Source: Candidatus Levyibacteriota bacterium | Lineage (GTDB): Bacteria > Patescibacteriota > Microgenomatia > Levybacterales > UBA12049 | Length of the DNA stretch: 64,000 nt | Direction: 5' to 3' | NCBI GenBank assembly: GCA_016214555.1 | Contig: JACROF010000002.1 | Coordinates: forward strand, 5,416 to 69,415 | Shown: positions 48,289 through 57,708 of the stretch, piece by piece | Position numbering within the stretch: position 1 is the stretch's first letter | Layout of the letters: the number at the start of each line of letters is the position of its first letter | Notes under the pieces: model-generated | What the model was told of the DNA's origin: nothing | Database searches by the model: none | Seen by the model: the letters and a program-made list of their open reading frames with translations, nothing else | Position numbers and translations under genes: made by a program

Positions 48289-49458
48289 ATGAATACAGTT
48301 TTGTGTCCTAAATGTGGGACAGAAGTTGAGATTACTCATGCTCTTCGTCATCAAATAGAAGCAGAGATTAAAAAAGATGAAGAAGAGAAGCATAAAATAG
48401 AGCTTGAAAAGGTAAAGCTTCAAGCTCAGAGTGATGCTGTAAAAAAAATTAAGGAAGAACAGGAATTGATCCTCAAAAATCTTCAGGAAGAAGCAAGAGA
48501 AGAAAAAGAAAAAAGGCAAAAAATGACTGATGAAATGTCACAGCTTATAAAGGAAAAAAGAGAGCTGCAGGCAAAAGACGAATTGAGAGAACTTGAAATG
48601 CAGAAAAAACTTGCTGAGGAAGAAATAAAAATCAAGCACGATGCACAAAAAAAAGCTGAGGAGGAGCAGCATACCAAAATTGCAGAATTGGAAAAAGCGA
48701 AAGCTGATGCTCTAAAAGAAATTGAGGACATGAGAAGAAAGCTTCAGCAAGGAAGTCAGCAGGCGCAAGGTGAGACTTTTGAGCTTGAGTTTGAACAGAT
48801 GTTGCGGACAGAGTTTCCTAACGATAAAATCTCTCCTGTTGCTAAAGGAACTCGTGGTGGGGATATTATTCATGAAGTGTGGGATAGCAAGGGAAGTTAT
48901 AATGGAAAGATTCTTTGGGAACTTAAGAACACAAAGTTGTGGTCTGAGGGGTGGGTAGACAAGTTAAAATCAGACAAAAGAGCGATCAATGCTGAAGAGG
49001 CTGTTATCATCTCTGATGTTCTCCCGGAGAAAATCCAAACAGCAGGTTATCGAAATGGTGTTTGGGTTACAAAAAAAATTTTTGTTATAGCACTCGCCAG
49101 TACTCTTAGAGCAAAACTAATTGAGATGTACTATGTCAAGCAGTCTGTCCAGGCAAAGGACGGAAAAATGGAAACAATGTATTCATATTTGTCTGGAACA
49201 GAGTTCAAGCATAGGGTTGAGGCAATTGTTGAGGCATTTAGTAACATGCAATCAGAAATTGAGAAAGAGAAAAGATATTTTATGACAAAGTGGGCAAGGG
49301 ATGAAAAGAACATTCGAATGGTCATCGATAATACCTATGGCATGCATGGAGACCTTAAGGCAATCGTTGGAAAAGTCCTTCCTCAAATAAAAGGAATTGA
49401 TAGTGAAAGTGATGATGCAAATCCAAGGCTAGCTCTTGATGCTACCAATGAAGCTTAA
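48289..49458 (+). CDS. DUF2130 domain coiled-coil protein
   Basis: N-term CPKCG, long coiled coil, SQQAQGE..E, GGDI, ILWELK.TK.WS..W..KLK. Confidence 0.82.
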   Translation: MNTVLCPKCGTEVEITHALRHQIEAEIKKDEEEKHKIELEKVKLQAQSDAVKKIKEEQELILKNLQEEAREEKEKRQKMTDEMSQLIKEKRELQAKDELRELEMQKKLAEEEIKIKHDAQKKAEEEQHTKIAELEKAKADALKEIEDMRRKLQQGSQQAQGETFELEFEQMLRTEFPNDKISPVAKGTRGGDIIHEVWDSKGSYNGKILWELKNTKLWSEGWVDKLKSDKRAINAEEAVIISDVLPEKIQTAGYRNGVWVTKKIFVIALASTLRAKLIEMYYVKQSVQAKDGKMETMYSYLSGTEFKHRVEAIVEAFSNMQSEIEKEKRYFMTKWARDEKNIRMVIDNTYGMHGDLKAIVGKVLPQIKGIDSESDDANPRLALDATNEA

Positions 49459-50068
49459 GACCACTTTTGATTACGAAAAAATACTCTGGGGGAAGGGCTT
49501 TAGCTATGTCGCGGGACTTGATGAGGTGGGGAGAGGTGCTTTTGCTGGACCAGTTGTTGTTGCAGCAGTTATTTTTTCAAAAAATATTATTTTTCATGAC
49601 AACGATCTATATAAAGTTACTGATTCCAAACTTCTAACGCCTCAGAAAAGAAAATTGTTGGCTGAGAAAATCAAAAATATCGCTCTTTGTTATGCTGTAG
49701 CAGAAGTATCAGTTGGTGTTATTAACGAAGTTGGCATTGGAAAAGCAACGCAGCAAGGGTTCCAAAAGGCGACAAGGATGCTTTCTACTCACCCAGATTT
49801 TTTATTAATAGATGCTTTCTATGTTGAAGGCGTTGACAGAAAAATCCAAATGCCAATTATTCATGGAGATGTGCTTTCATACTCGATTGCTGCCGCGTCG
49901 ATTCTAGCAAAGGTTTATAGAGACGAATATATGGAAAGTTTGGATGACGGGAAATATTTGTTTGCAAAGCATAAAGGGTATGGAACGCTCTACCATAGGC
50001 AAAAAATCAAAGAGCACGGACTGTCTAGCCATCATAGAACTTCATTTAGCCTCGAAAAGTACCTTTAG
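49448..50068 (+). CDS. rnhB: Ribonuclease HII (start 49439 or 49448)
   Basis: GLDEVGRGAFAGPV, DSK.L, IAAASILAKV.RD, HKGYGT. Confidence 0.95.
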   Translation: MKLKTTFDYEKILWGKGFSYVAGLDEVGRGAFAGPVVVAAVIFSKNIIFHDNDLYKVTDSKLLTPQKRKLLAEKIKNIALCYAVAEVSVGVINEVGIGKATQQGFQKATRMLSTHPDFLLIDAFYVEGVDRKIQMPIIHGDVLSYSIAAASILAKVYRDEYMESLDDGKYLFAKHKGYGTLYHRQKIKEHGLSSHHRTSFSLEKYL

Positions 50069-50182
50069 CTGATACTATCAGATATTGACAAACAGAAAGA
50101 ATAGAGCATACCATGAGATTGGTTACCTCTTCACGCCTTTCGTGGAGACTGTATATATACAGCATTGAAAGGAGGTGAGAAT

Positions 50183-50398
50183 ATGAGCGGACTAAAAGTA
50201 CTCGCATGGTGGCTTGTCATAATTGGAGCACTTAATTGGCTTCTTGTTGGTCTTGGAGCATGGCTTGGTGGAACAAGTTGGAATCTTGTTATGATGATAT
50301 TTGGCTCCATGCCAATGCTTGAAAATCTTGTCTATGTCCTCGTTGGTCTTTCCGGTTTGTGGTTGTTGTGGGACAAGATGATGGGAGGGAAAAAGTAA
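50183..50398 (+). CDS. DUF378 membrane protein
   Basis: LVIIGALNW.LVG...NLV..IFG......VY.LVG.SG; AAAGGAGGTG SD. Confidence 0.85.
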   Translation: MSGLKVLAWWLVIIGALNWLLVGLGAWLGGTSWNLVMMIFGSMPMLENLVYVLVGLSGLWLLWDKMMGGKK

Positions 50399-50439
50399 GA
50401 GTTTATAGCACAAGGAAGACACGCAGCATCTGTGTGTCT

Positions 50440-50574
50440 TTCTTTTTATAGTGAGCCTGAGAGCCCTCTTCGAGGATTTCGTTCTACCAAACTCAAGATT
50501 CGCAACGAGCCTATCAAAGTCGACCATTAAAAAACTCCAGCAGCGTGGAGTTCTTTTAATAGTGAGCCTGAGAG
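50440..50574 (-). repeat. 24-bp direct repeat (1 mismatch) containing the tRNA-Lys(CTT) 3' end
   Basis: TTCTTTTTATAGTGAGCCTGAGAG at 50440-50463 vs TTCTTTTAATAGTGAGCCTGAGAG at 50551-50574. Confidence 0.85.
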
Positions 50575-50634
50575 GATTCGAACCTCTAACCAATACCTTA
50601 AGAGGGTACTGCTCTACCGTTGAGCTACAGGCCC
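50563..50634 (-). tRNA. tRNA-Lys(CTT)
   Basis: Acceptor GGGCCTG/CAGGCTC, anticodon arm GTACC-CT-CTT-AA-GGTAT. Confidence 0.95.
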
Positions 50635-50641
50635 TAAGAAT

Positions 50642-50704
50642 AATTCAGAGTTAAGAATCAACAATTCAGAATAATTTTGAATTTTGAACTCTGCATTCTA
50701 AATT
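50642..50704. repeat. 7-nt-periodic inverted repeat between tRNA-Arg and tRNA-Lys
   Basis: Left arm AATTCAG AGTTAAG AATCAAC AATTCAG; right arm reverse complement AATTTAG AATGCAG AGTTCAA AATTCAA. Confidence 0.75.
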
Positions 50705-50711
50705 TATTTTG

Positions 50712-50785
50712 TACGCCTGGAGGGACTTGAACCCCCGACCCCTTCGTCCGAAGCGAAGTGCTCTAATCCGCTGAGCTACAGGCGC
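50712..50785 (-). tRNA. tRNA-Arg(TCG)
   Basis: Acceptor GCGCCTG/CAGGCGT, anticodon arm CTTCG-CT-TCG-GA-CGAAG. Confidence 0.93.
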
Positions 50786-50887
50786 AAAACTACGTTTTGA
50801 TTGTATCAGAGATCTGGCCTCAAATTCAAACAATTCTGCCTACACAGACTGCTTGCCAAAATTTCACAAGATTGAGATACTGAGAGG

Positions 50888-51946
50888 ATGAAAAAGCATA
50901 TCGCTAAAATTGTTTGGTTCCGACAGCATAAATGGATCTCTCTTATAATTTTTTTGCTTCTTGTTGTTGTCTTTATTTTTTTCCGACCAAAGCCACCACC
51001 TGAAATTCCCACAGAAGAGGTAAAACAAGGGAAAATCGTTGAACTTCTGACATCATCTGGGAGTATTCAGGCAAAGGAGTCAGTTTCTCTTTCATTTTTG
51101 GCAGGTGGTAAGTTGTCATATGTAGGTGTTAAAAAAGGGTCTGTTGTTAAAAAAGGTCAAACAATCGCCATTGTTGATCAAAAAAGTGCTCAAATCAATC
51201 TGCAAAATTCCCTTATTGATTATGCAAAGCAACGAAGTACCTTTGAGCAAACAAAATCAGATAACGGCGGGAGATCAGTCCAAGATGCTCTTAGTGATGC
51301 AATGAAACGTGTGTTGGAAGACAACCAGTACGATCTTGAAAAGGCTGTAAATTCAGTAGAGCTCTATGATCTTACTAAGCAAAACCTGGCACTTTACTCG
51401 CCAATTGATGGAATTGTAACCAGAGCCGATGCTGTGACAACAGGCGTTAACATAGGCGCAACTACTACCTACACAATTGTGAATCCTAAATCTTTAGTAT
51501 TTGAAATCGATGTTGATGAGACAGATATCGCAAAGGTTGATGATGGCTATGAAGTTCAAATTATTTTAGAAGCATATCCTAATGATCGTATTTTCACTAA
51601 AGTACTTTCTAAAGACTTTGCAAGTCACAAAACAGATACAGGAGGTAATGCATATACGGTTACTGCCTCTCTTCCGCTGTCTGCAAAGTTTGACTACCTC
51701 TTAGGAATGAACGGGGATGCGGATATTGTTCTTGCTAAAAAAGTAAACGCTGTAATTATTCCAATTGTAAGCCTTGAAGACGAAAAGTATGTTTATGTGA
51801 AAAATAAAAATGGATATGAAAAAAGAGAAGTTGTTACTGGACTTACCTCAGACACAGAAATTGAAGTTATTAAAGGTGTAGTTGAAGGGGAGAAAGTTGC
51901 ATTACAACCAGAGGAGGCAAGTAAGCAGGTTGTTAAGAAGAAATGA
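50888..51946 (+). CDS. MacA-like efflux adaptor subunit
   Basis: N-term TM, lipoyl-like G.L....VK.G..VKKGQ, SPIDG.V, VDETDI, V.TG. Confidence 0.88.
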   Translation: MKKHIAKIVWFRQHKWISLIIFLLLVVVFIFFRPKPPPEIPTEEVKQGKIVELLTSSGSIQAKESVSLSFLAGGKLSYVGVKKGSVVKKGQTIAIVDQKSAQINLQNSLIDYAKQRSTFEQTKSDNGGRSVQDALSDAMKRVLEDNQYDLEKAVNSVELYDLTKQNLALYSPIDGIVTRADAVTTGVNIGATTTYTIVNPKSLVFEIDVDETDIAKVDDGYEVQIILEAYPNDRIFTKVLSKDFASHKTDTGGNAYTVTASLPLSAKFDYLLGMNGDADIVLAKKVNAVIIPIVSLEDEKYVYVKNKNGYEKREVVTGLTSDTEIEVIKGVVEGEKVALQPEEASKQVVKKK

Positions 51947-52635
51947 AGCAAGATGAAGAAAAACATTTGGTAATTGAACTTTCAAATATTTCTAAGGATT
52001 ATATTTCTGATGAAATTGTCACCCATGTTCTTCACAATGTTTCTCTACAAGTATGGAAGGGTGAATTCATTGCAATAATTGGGCCATCTGGTTCTGGAAA
52101 ATCTACACTCCTTAATATAATTGGATTACTTGATGTTGCGACTGGTGGAACATATCAGCTAAGTTCTCAAAATGTCACAAATTTGACAGAAGACGAACTC
52201 GCCAGGGTAAGAAATAAAGAAATTGGATTTGTTTTTCAGCAATTCAATCTCCTCAAAAGAATGACTGTTTTGGACAATGTGATTCTCCCTTCAATCTATT
52301 CTGGAATTAGTAGCACTTTAAGAGTAAAAAATGCAAAAGAATTACTAATCCGCCTTGGACTTGAGGAGCAAATGCATAAGAAACCAAACCAGCTATCAGG
52401 CGGACAGCAACAGCGTGTCGCGATAGCAAGAGCTCTCATGAATTCTCCATCACTAATTTTAGCTGATGAGCCAACAGGAAATCTTGACTCGAAATCAGGC
52501 GAGGAAGTTATGAAAATACTCAAAGAGCTCAACGCTCAAGGGAATACCATTATTATGATTACGCACGAAAAAGATATCGCAGATCAAGCTCAGCGTGTAA
52601 TTTATATAAAAGATGGAAAGGTTCAAAATCCATAA
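51943..52635 (+). CDS. ABC transporter ATP-binding protein (MacB/LolD type)
   Basis: [43 protein letters not shown]. Confidence 0.95.
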   Translation: MKQDEEKHLVIELSNISKDYISDEIVTHVLHNVSLQVWKGEFIAIIGPSGSGKSTLLNIIGLLDVATGGTYQLSSQNVTNLTEDELARVRNKEIGFVFQQFNLLKRMTVLDNVILPSIYSGISSTLRVKNAKELLIRLGLEEQMHKKPNQLSGGQQQRVAIARALMNSPSLILADEPTGNLDSKSGEEVMKILKELNAQGNTIIMITHEKDIADQAQRVIYIKDGKVQNP

Positions 52636-52641
52636 AGTTAT

Positions 52642-53829
52642 ATGCATAAAAAAGAGTTAATTAACTTAGCCTTATCTTCACTCAGATCAAATAAATTACG
52701 TAGTGCCCTCACCACGCTTGGCATTATTATTGGTGTCTTTTCTGTCATTCTTTTAGTAGCGCTTGGTAACGGATTGCAGAAATATATCACAGATCAAATA
52801 TCTGGCCTTGGTTCAAATATCCTTTTTGTACTACCTGGAAAAGTTGGTGGAACACAAGGTCCAGGAGATAGCATTAACAAATTAACAGTTGCAAACGCAA
52901 AATATCTAGAAAGTCGCATAAATAGTATCGCTCTTGTTAGTCCTCTTATTTCAAAAATTACTACGGTCAAATATCAAAATAAATCCAATAAGAACACCCA
53001 GGTGTGGGGAACGTCTTCGTCTTTCCCAGATATCATAAAAACAGATTTAGTAAGAGGCAGTTTTTTTACGACAGCACAAGAAAAAAGTGGCGGAAAGGTG
53101 GCTGTTATCGGACAAACAGTCGTTAAAAATTTGTTTCCAACATCAGACCCAATAGGTAAAAAAGTGCTTATTTCTGGAGGCAGGTATACAGTCATTGGCG
53201 TGTCAGCTAAAAAAGGCTCTTCGTTTGGGCAGGATCAAGATAATGTCATAGTTATACCTTTTTCAGCAGCTCGCAAACAGTTTTCAATAGATACTGTTAA
53301 CTATATTTATCTTTCAGCAAAGTCTCCTGAGCTGGTAACCTTTGTCAAAAAAAGAGCCACAGAAATTTTACTTAGCAGATTTGAAGAGGATGACTTTACC
53401 ATCATGACTCAAGAACAAACACTTCAAACTGTTACAAGCATTACAAGTGTTTTGACTATTGCTCTTGGAGGTATCGCTGCAATTTCTCTCCTTGTTGGAG
53501 GTATTGGTGTTATGAATATCATGCTTGTCTCGGTTACGGAGCGAACAAAAGAGATTGGTCTTCGTAAAGCTCTTGGCGCCAGAAGAATTGACATATTACT
53601 CCAGTTTTTACTTGAGGCAGTAACACTTTCTCTTGTTGGTGGGTTGACAGGAATACTGCTAGGATTTCTTGTGTCACTAATTGTTTCGCAATTTTTTGTT
53701 GCAGATATTACTCCATGGTCTGTCATACTTGCGTTCTTTTTCTCTGTAGCAGTTGGAATTGTTTTTGGGATTGCTCCAGCGATTCGCGCATCAAGACTTT
53801 CGCCAATTGAGGCACTTAGGTATGAGTAA
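52642..53829 (+). CDS. ABC transporter permease (MacB/FtsX type)
   Basis: RS.LTTLGIIIGV, LLVGGIGVMNIMLVSVTERTKEIGLRKALGA, PIEALRYE. Confidence 0.95.
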   Translation: MHKKELINLALSSLRSNKLRSALTTLGIIIGVFSVILLVALGNGLQKYITDQISGLGSNILFVLPGKVGGTQGPGDSINKLTVANAKYLESRINSIALVSPLISKITTVKYQNKSNKNTQVWGTSSSFPDIIKTDLVRGSFFTTAQEKSGGKVAVIGQTVVKNLFPTSDPIGKKVLISGGRYTVIGVSAKKGSSFGQDQDNVIVIPFSAARKQFSIDTVNYIYLSAKSPELVTFVKKRATEILLSRFEEDDFTIMTQEQTLQTVTSITSVLTIALGGIAAISLLVGGIGVMNIMLVSVTERTKEIGLRKALGARRIDILLQFLLEAVTLSLVGGLTGILLGFLVSLIVSQFFVADITPWSVILAFFFSVAVGIVFGIAPAIRASRLSPIEALRYE

Positions 53830-53875
53830 TTTTGCATCATGTGCGTAATTTCGGTACAATTGTAGTGGTGCAACT

Positions 53876-54457
53876 ATGAATAGTATGAAAAAACTTGCAA
53901 GAAAAATTCGATATTCATATCGATCTTTGCCAGACAAAAAGCAGTACGTAGAATTCTTTACAGCTCTTCTTACAGTTCCTGTGCTTTTAACAGTAATTAT
54001 TCTTAACCTTAATAACTTAAAAGGAAATCAAAAAGCTAATGCTCCAACAGCTACACCAGAGGCCAATAGACCAATTTTTGTTACGGTTGCAAAAGGTAGT
54101 GATGAATCACCTTCACCGACTCCACAAAACACGGTTTGTAAAAAAGGAATTGGACCAATTGCTATCTCATCTCCCGAGGAGGGAGATGTCATTTCTGAGA
54201 GTCCAATTCAAGTAAGCATTAACTATCAGCAAGAGGATTTTTGCTCGGTTGTATGGGCATACAGAATAAATAATGGACGTTTTTCTGATTATGACGATCG
54301 ATCTATTGCTCTTTTTAATCCTCCAAAGGGTACTATTAATTTTCAACTAAAAGTTAAGAGTATTGTTACTGGAGAGGAGAAAATTCTTAATAGAACATTT
54401 ACCTACAATGGTAGTAATATTGATACTCAAAATTCTGCTTCCACATCAGGTAACTAA
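53876..54457 (+). CDS. Hypothetical membrane-anchored protein with Ig-like C-terminus
   Basis: Single TM, Pro/Thr linker, I.SP.EG beta-rich domain. Confidence 0.7.
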   Translation: MNSMKKLARKIRYSYRSLPDKKQYVEFFTALLTVPVLLTVIILNLNNLKGNQKANAPTATPEANRPIFVTVAKGSDESPSPTPQNTVCKKGIGPIAISSPEEGDVISESPIQVSINYQQEDFCSVVWAYRINNGRFSDYDDRSIALFNPPKGTINFQLKVKSIVTGEEKILNRTFTYNGSNIDTQNSASTSGN

Positions 54458-56835
54458 TGAGAGACAGTAAGAGAATACGTCACATATTGCAGTTTTCCTT
54501 AGGATGGCCATTATCACTTGTGGCCCTTTTTTTTCTAGGAAAAACTTTTACTACTCAACTCTCACACGTTTCATCTGATCTTACAAAAGGCAATATTTTC
54601 TTGTACTTGGTTGCCATTATGTGTTTTATTGCTTACTTCTATCTTAGAAGTCTCATTTGGTATAAATTGCTTAGTTTCATGGGTTACAAGCTTGAAGCAA
54701 AGGAGTCAATATTTAGCTGGTCGTTTGCTCAGCTCAAGCGCTATATTCCAGGAAACATTTGGGGAATTGTTGGAGTATCCTTGTATTTTGAAAAGCATAA
54801 TGTTACCAAAAAAGAGTTAGCAAAGGCATTTATTGTTGAGTCTGAGGTAGTGTTAATTGCTGGCTTAATTGTTTCAATACTTGGCCTGCCAATTCTATTT
54901 AATGTACTTCAACTACAAAGCATTTCTTCTTTTATTATTGAGTTGTATACTCTTTTTCTTATCATTGGGACGGTTTTATACATATATAGCAACAGGATTG
55001 CAGTCTATGTGCCTGAGAAATTGTCACTTATTAAAAACATTTTTCCGCAGTTGAGCGCTCAACACATTGTCCTTCTTCTTACTTTTATGACTCTATCATT
55101 TATTTGTTATGGAGTTGGTACGTATTTTGTAGTATCTGCAGTTTATTATGTAGATCCACATAATTTTCTTGCAATTTCGAGCTATTTAGTACTTTCTCTT
55201 GTTGTTGGGTTTCTGTCAATTATTACACCATCAGGCTTAGGAGTGAGGGAGGGAGTTATGGCGGTTGGGCTATCAAGATTTATTCCTGCATCAGCTGCAG
55301 CCTTTTCTTCATTGATGGCAAGAATTGTACTCATCTTTTCTGAACTTCTTTTTCTTTTGGTGATGTTTTTGATTTTAAAAATTAAAAAGGGAATTCCACT
55401 AAAAGCACTACAAGTAGTTATGCATCATCCATATGAGGCTGTGCTGGTTGTCTTGTATGGAATATTTGCAACTTATTTTTCATGGATTAGCAATCTTCGC
55501 TATGAACAGTATTACACAGGAAGATTTGATCTTGGAAATATGGCACAAACTGTATGGAACACTTTGCATGGAAATATATTTGAGTTAACAGACCCAAATG
55601 GAACTGAAATTGTTTCGCGACTTGCCTTTCATGCCGATTTTTTTCTCATTCTCCTTGCTCCATTTTATGGACTATGGCAAGATCCACGACTACTTCTTGT
55701 CATTCAGGCTGTTGTGACAGGGGCTGGCGCATTTTTTGTATATGCAATAGCAAGAAATGTGCTCAAAGATAAATCGTTGTCTCTTGTGTTGTCAATTCTT
55801 TATCTTCTTAATCCTAGCATGCAGCGATCTGTGATCTATGACTTTCATGCCGTAACGCTTGCGACAACGTTTCTTCTTGGTGCGTGGTATTTCGTTTCTA
55901 AAAAAAGATACGGGTGGTTTTTAATTTTTATTATCCTTGCTGCATTAACAAAAGAGCAAATTTGGGTAATTGGTGCTATTTTTGGACTCTATGTTGCAAT
56001 AAGACAAAAAATGGTGCTTTTTGGTACAACAATTTTTTTCGTATCGGCATTCGTTTTTTATCTTCTCATCTGGCATGCAATTCCAGCTGCTTCAGGCTCA
56101 CAGCACTTCGCCTTGAGTTATTATGGAAATACTACTTCTTCACCAACATCACTTATTGGTACCTATATTTCATCACCAGAAAAAGTAATTGGAATTATAT
56201 TTGATAGTGAACGAGTTTCATATTTTCACAAATTATTAGCGCCTCTTGGATTCCTCTCCTTAGGAGCCCCGCTATTTCTTATTTTTGCTGCGCCAGATTT
56301 GGGTATAAATGTTCTCAGTGTCAAGTCTGAGCTTTATCAAATTTATTATCAATATACTGCTGCGATCACTCCATTTTTGTTTGTATCTGCAATTTATTCA
56401 ATTCGTCTTATTAACAAAAAATTAAAGTGGGTGACTTTCCCTTTCATTATTATTTATCTTATAAGTGTTGGAGGATACTATTCATGGACCTATGGTCCTT
56501 TGCCTGGGTCACGAGAGGCAAATTTGGCAATGATTACAAAACCCATGCGGAATAAAGAGGCCATCGATCGTTTGATAGCGTCTATTCCTAAAGAGTATTC
56601 AGTCGCAACAAGTAACAGTATCGGATCCCACTTATCAGACAGGAGGTATCTTTTTACCATTCCTGTTGGGTCAACATCAGCAGATTTTCTTATTATTAAC
56701 CGGAATGATTCCAATCCTTCTCCTTCACGGACGTTCCATTTGAAGATTATCGAGGATAGAAAATTAGATCCTGCCTATGTGGTTTATTATAACGACGACA
56801 ATATTATTGCATTTCGGAAAAAGAACATAAAGTAG
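54457..56835 (+). CDS. Fusion: flippase-like (LPG-synthase TM/UPF0104) domain + DUF2079 domain
   Basis: N-half RYIPGNIW, PSGLGVREG; C-half DLGNMAQ..W, HADF, DFH, KE, YQY. Confidence 0.75.
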   Translation: MRDSKRIRHILQFSLGWPLSLVALFFLGKTFTTQLSHVSSDLTKGNIFLYLVAIMCFIAYFYLRSLIWYKLLSFMGYKLEAKESIFSWSFAQLKRYIPGNIWGIVGVSLYFEKHNVTKKELAKAFIVESEVVLIAGLIVSILGLPILFNVLQLQSISSFIIELYTLFLIIGTVLYIYSNRIAVYVPEKLSLIKNIFPQLSAQHIVLLLTFMTLSFICYGVGTYFVVSAVYYVDPHNFLAISSYLVLSLVVGFLSIITPSGLGVREGVMAVGLSRFIPASAAAFSSLMARIVLIFSELLFLLVMFLILKIKKGIPLKALQVVMHHPYEAVLVVLYGIFATYFSWISNLRYEQYYTGRFDLGNMAQTVWNTLHGNIFELTDPNGTEIVSRLAFHADFFLILLAPFYGLWQDPRLLLVIQAVVTGAGAFFVYAIARNVLKDKSLSLVLSILYLLNPSMQRSVIYDFHAVTLATTFLLGAWYFVSKKRYGWFLIFIILAALTKEQIWVIGAIFGLYVAIRQKMVLFGTTIFFVSAFVFYLLIWHAIPAASGSQHFALSYYGNTTSSPTSLIGTYISSPEKVIGIIFDSERVSYFHKLLAPLGFLSLGAPLFLIFAAPDLGINVLSVKSELYQIYYQYTAAITPFLFVSAIYSIRLINKKLKWVTFPFIIIYLISVGGYYSWTYGPLPGSREANLAMITKPMRNKEAIDRLIASIPKEYSVATSNSIGSHLSDRRYLFTIPVGSTSADFLIINRNDSNPSPSRTFHLKIIEDRKLDPAYVVYYNDDNIIAFRKKNIK

Positions 56836-56877
56836 AAAGACTTGCTTCTGAATACAAAAAGTCATTATCATAATAGT

Positions 56878-57684
56878 ATGATACATGTCATTAAAGCTGA
56901 TGGGACAAAGGAGCAGTACAGCGAAGAAAAAGTAAAAAATTCTATCAAGAGAGCAGGCCTTTCTGAAGCACTATCACAAAAAGTCCTTAAGGCTGTTCAT
57001 GAAAAGCTTTACGATGAGATCCCAACCTATGATATTTATGGCATTATTGCCCAAGCTCTTTCTGACTCAGAAGAACCGCATAGTAAGTCCAAATATAGTC
57101 TCAAACAAGCAATTATGATGCTTGGCCCAACGGGTTTTCCTTTTGAGGACTTTATTGGGAAGATTCTTAGTGAGTTGGGGTATACTACCAAAACCCGAGA
57201 AGTACTTGATGGAAGATGTGTTACGCATGAGGTAGATGTGAGTGCGGAAAAAAATGGTAAAAAATATCTTGTTGAAGCAAAATTTCATAACAACCCCGGG
57301 TCAAGATCTGAGATTCAAGTTGCTTTGTATGTTAAATCTCGATTCGAAGATCTAAAAGATAGGTACAAATTTGAGGAGGCGTGGATTGTGACCAACACAA
57401 AAGCAACGATAGATGCCAAGACCTATGCGGGTTGTTCAGGGATGAAAATTATTAGCTGGGATTATCCAGAACAAGGTTCGCTTAGAGATATGATTGAGTC
57501 ATCCAATCTCCATCCAGTTACTCTTCTTAGTACGCTTAATACGGCGCAAAAAGCTAGACTATTAGCAAATCATATTGTCCTTTGCAAAGATCTTGATAAA
57601 GCATCGTTGATTGAGACCTTAGGATTATCTCCAGAGGAAATTAAAGAAACACTTGATGAGCTTGCCTATATCTGTCGTAGATAA
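56878..57684 (+). CDS. ATP-cone domain + Mrr-like PD-(D/E)xK nuclease
   Basis: VIKADG.KE.YS.EK...SI..AG (ATP cone); GFPFE.FI...L...GY, EVDV.A...VEAK, VTN. Confidence 0.8.
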   Translation: MIHVIKADGTKEQYSEEKVKNSIKRAGLSEALSQKVLKAVHEKLYDEIPTYDIYGIIAQALSDSEEPHSKSKYSLKQAIMMLGPTGFPFEDFIGKILSELGYTTKTREVLDGRCVTHEVDVSAEKNGKKYLVEAKFHNNPGSRSEIQVALYVKSRFEDLKDRYKFEEAWIVTNTKATIDAKTYAGCSGMKIISWDYPEQGSLRDMIESSNLHPVTLLSTLNTAQKARLLANHIVLCKDLDKASLIETLGLSPEEIKETLDELAYICRR

Positions 57685-57708
57685 TTCAGTAAGTAGTATA
57701 ATACGACG

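Noticed and set aside
48235-48731. Antisense Phe/Ser-rich ORFs opposite DUF2130 and other long genes
   Set aside because: Compositional shadows of Lys/Glu-rich coding strands; no independent expression signals.
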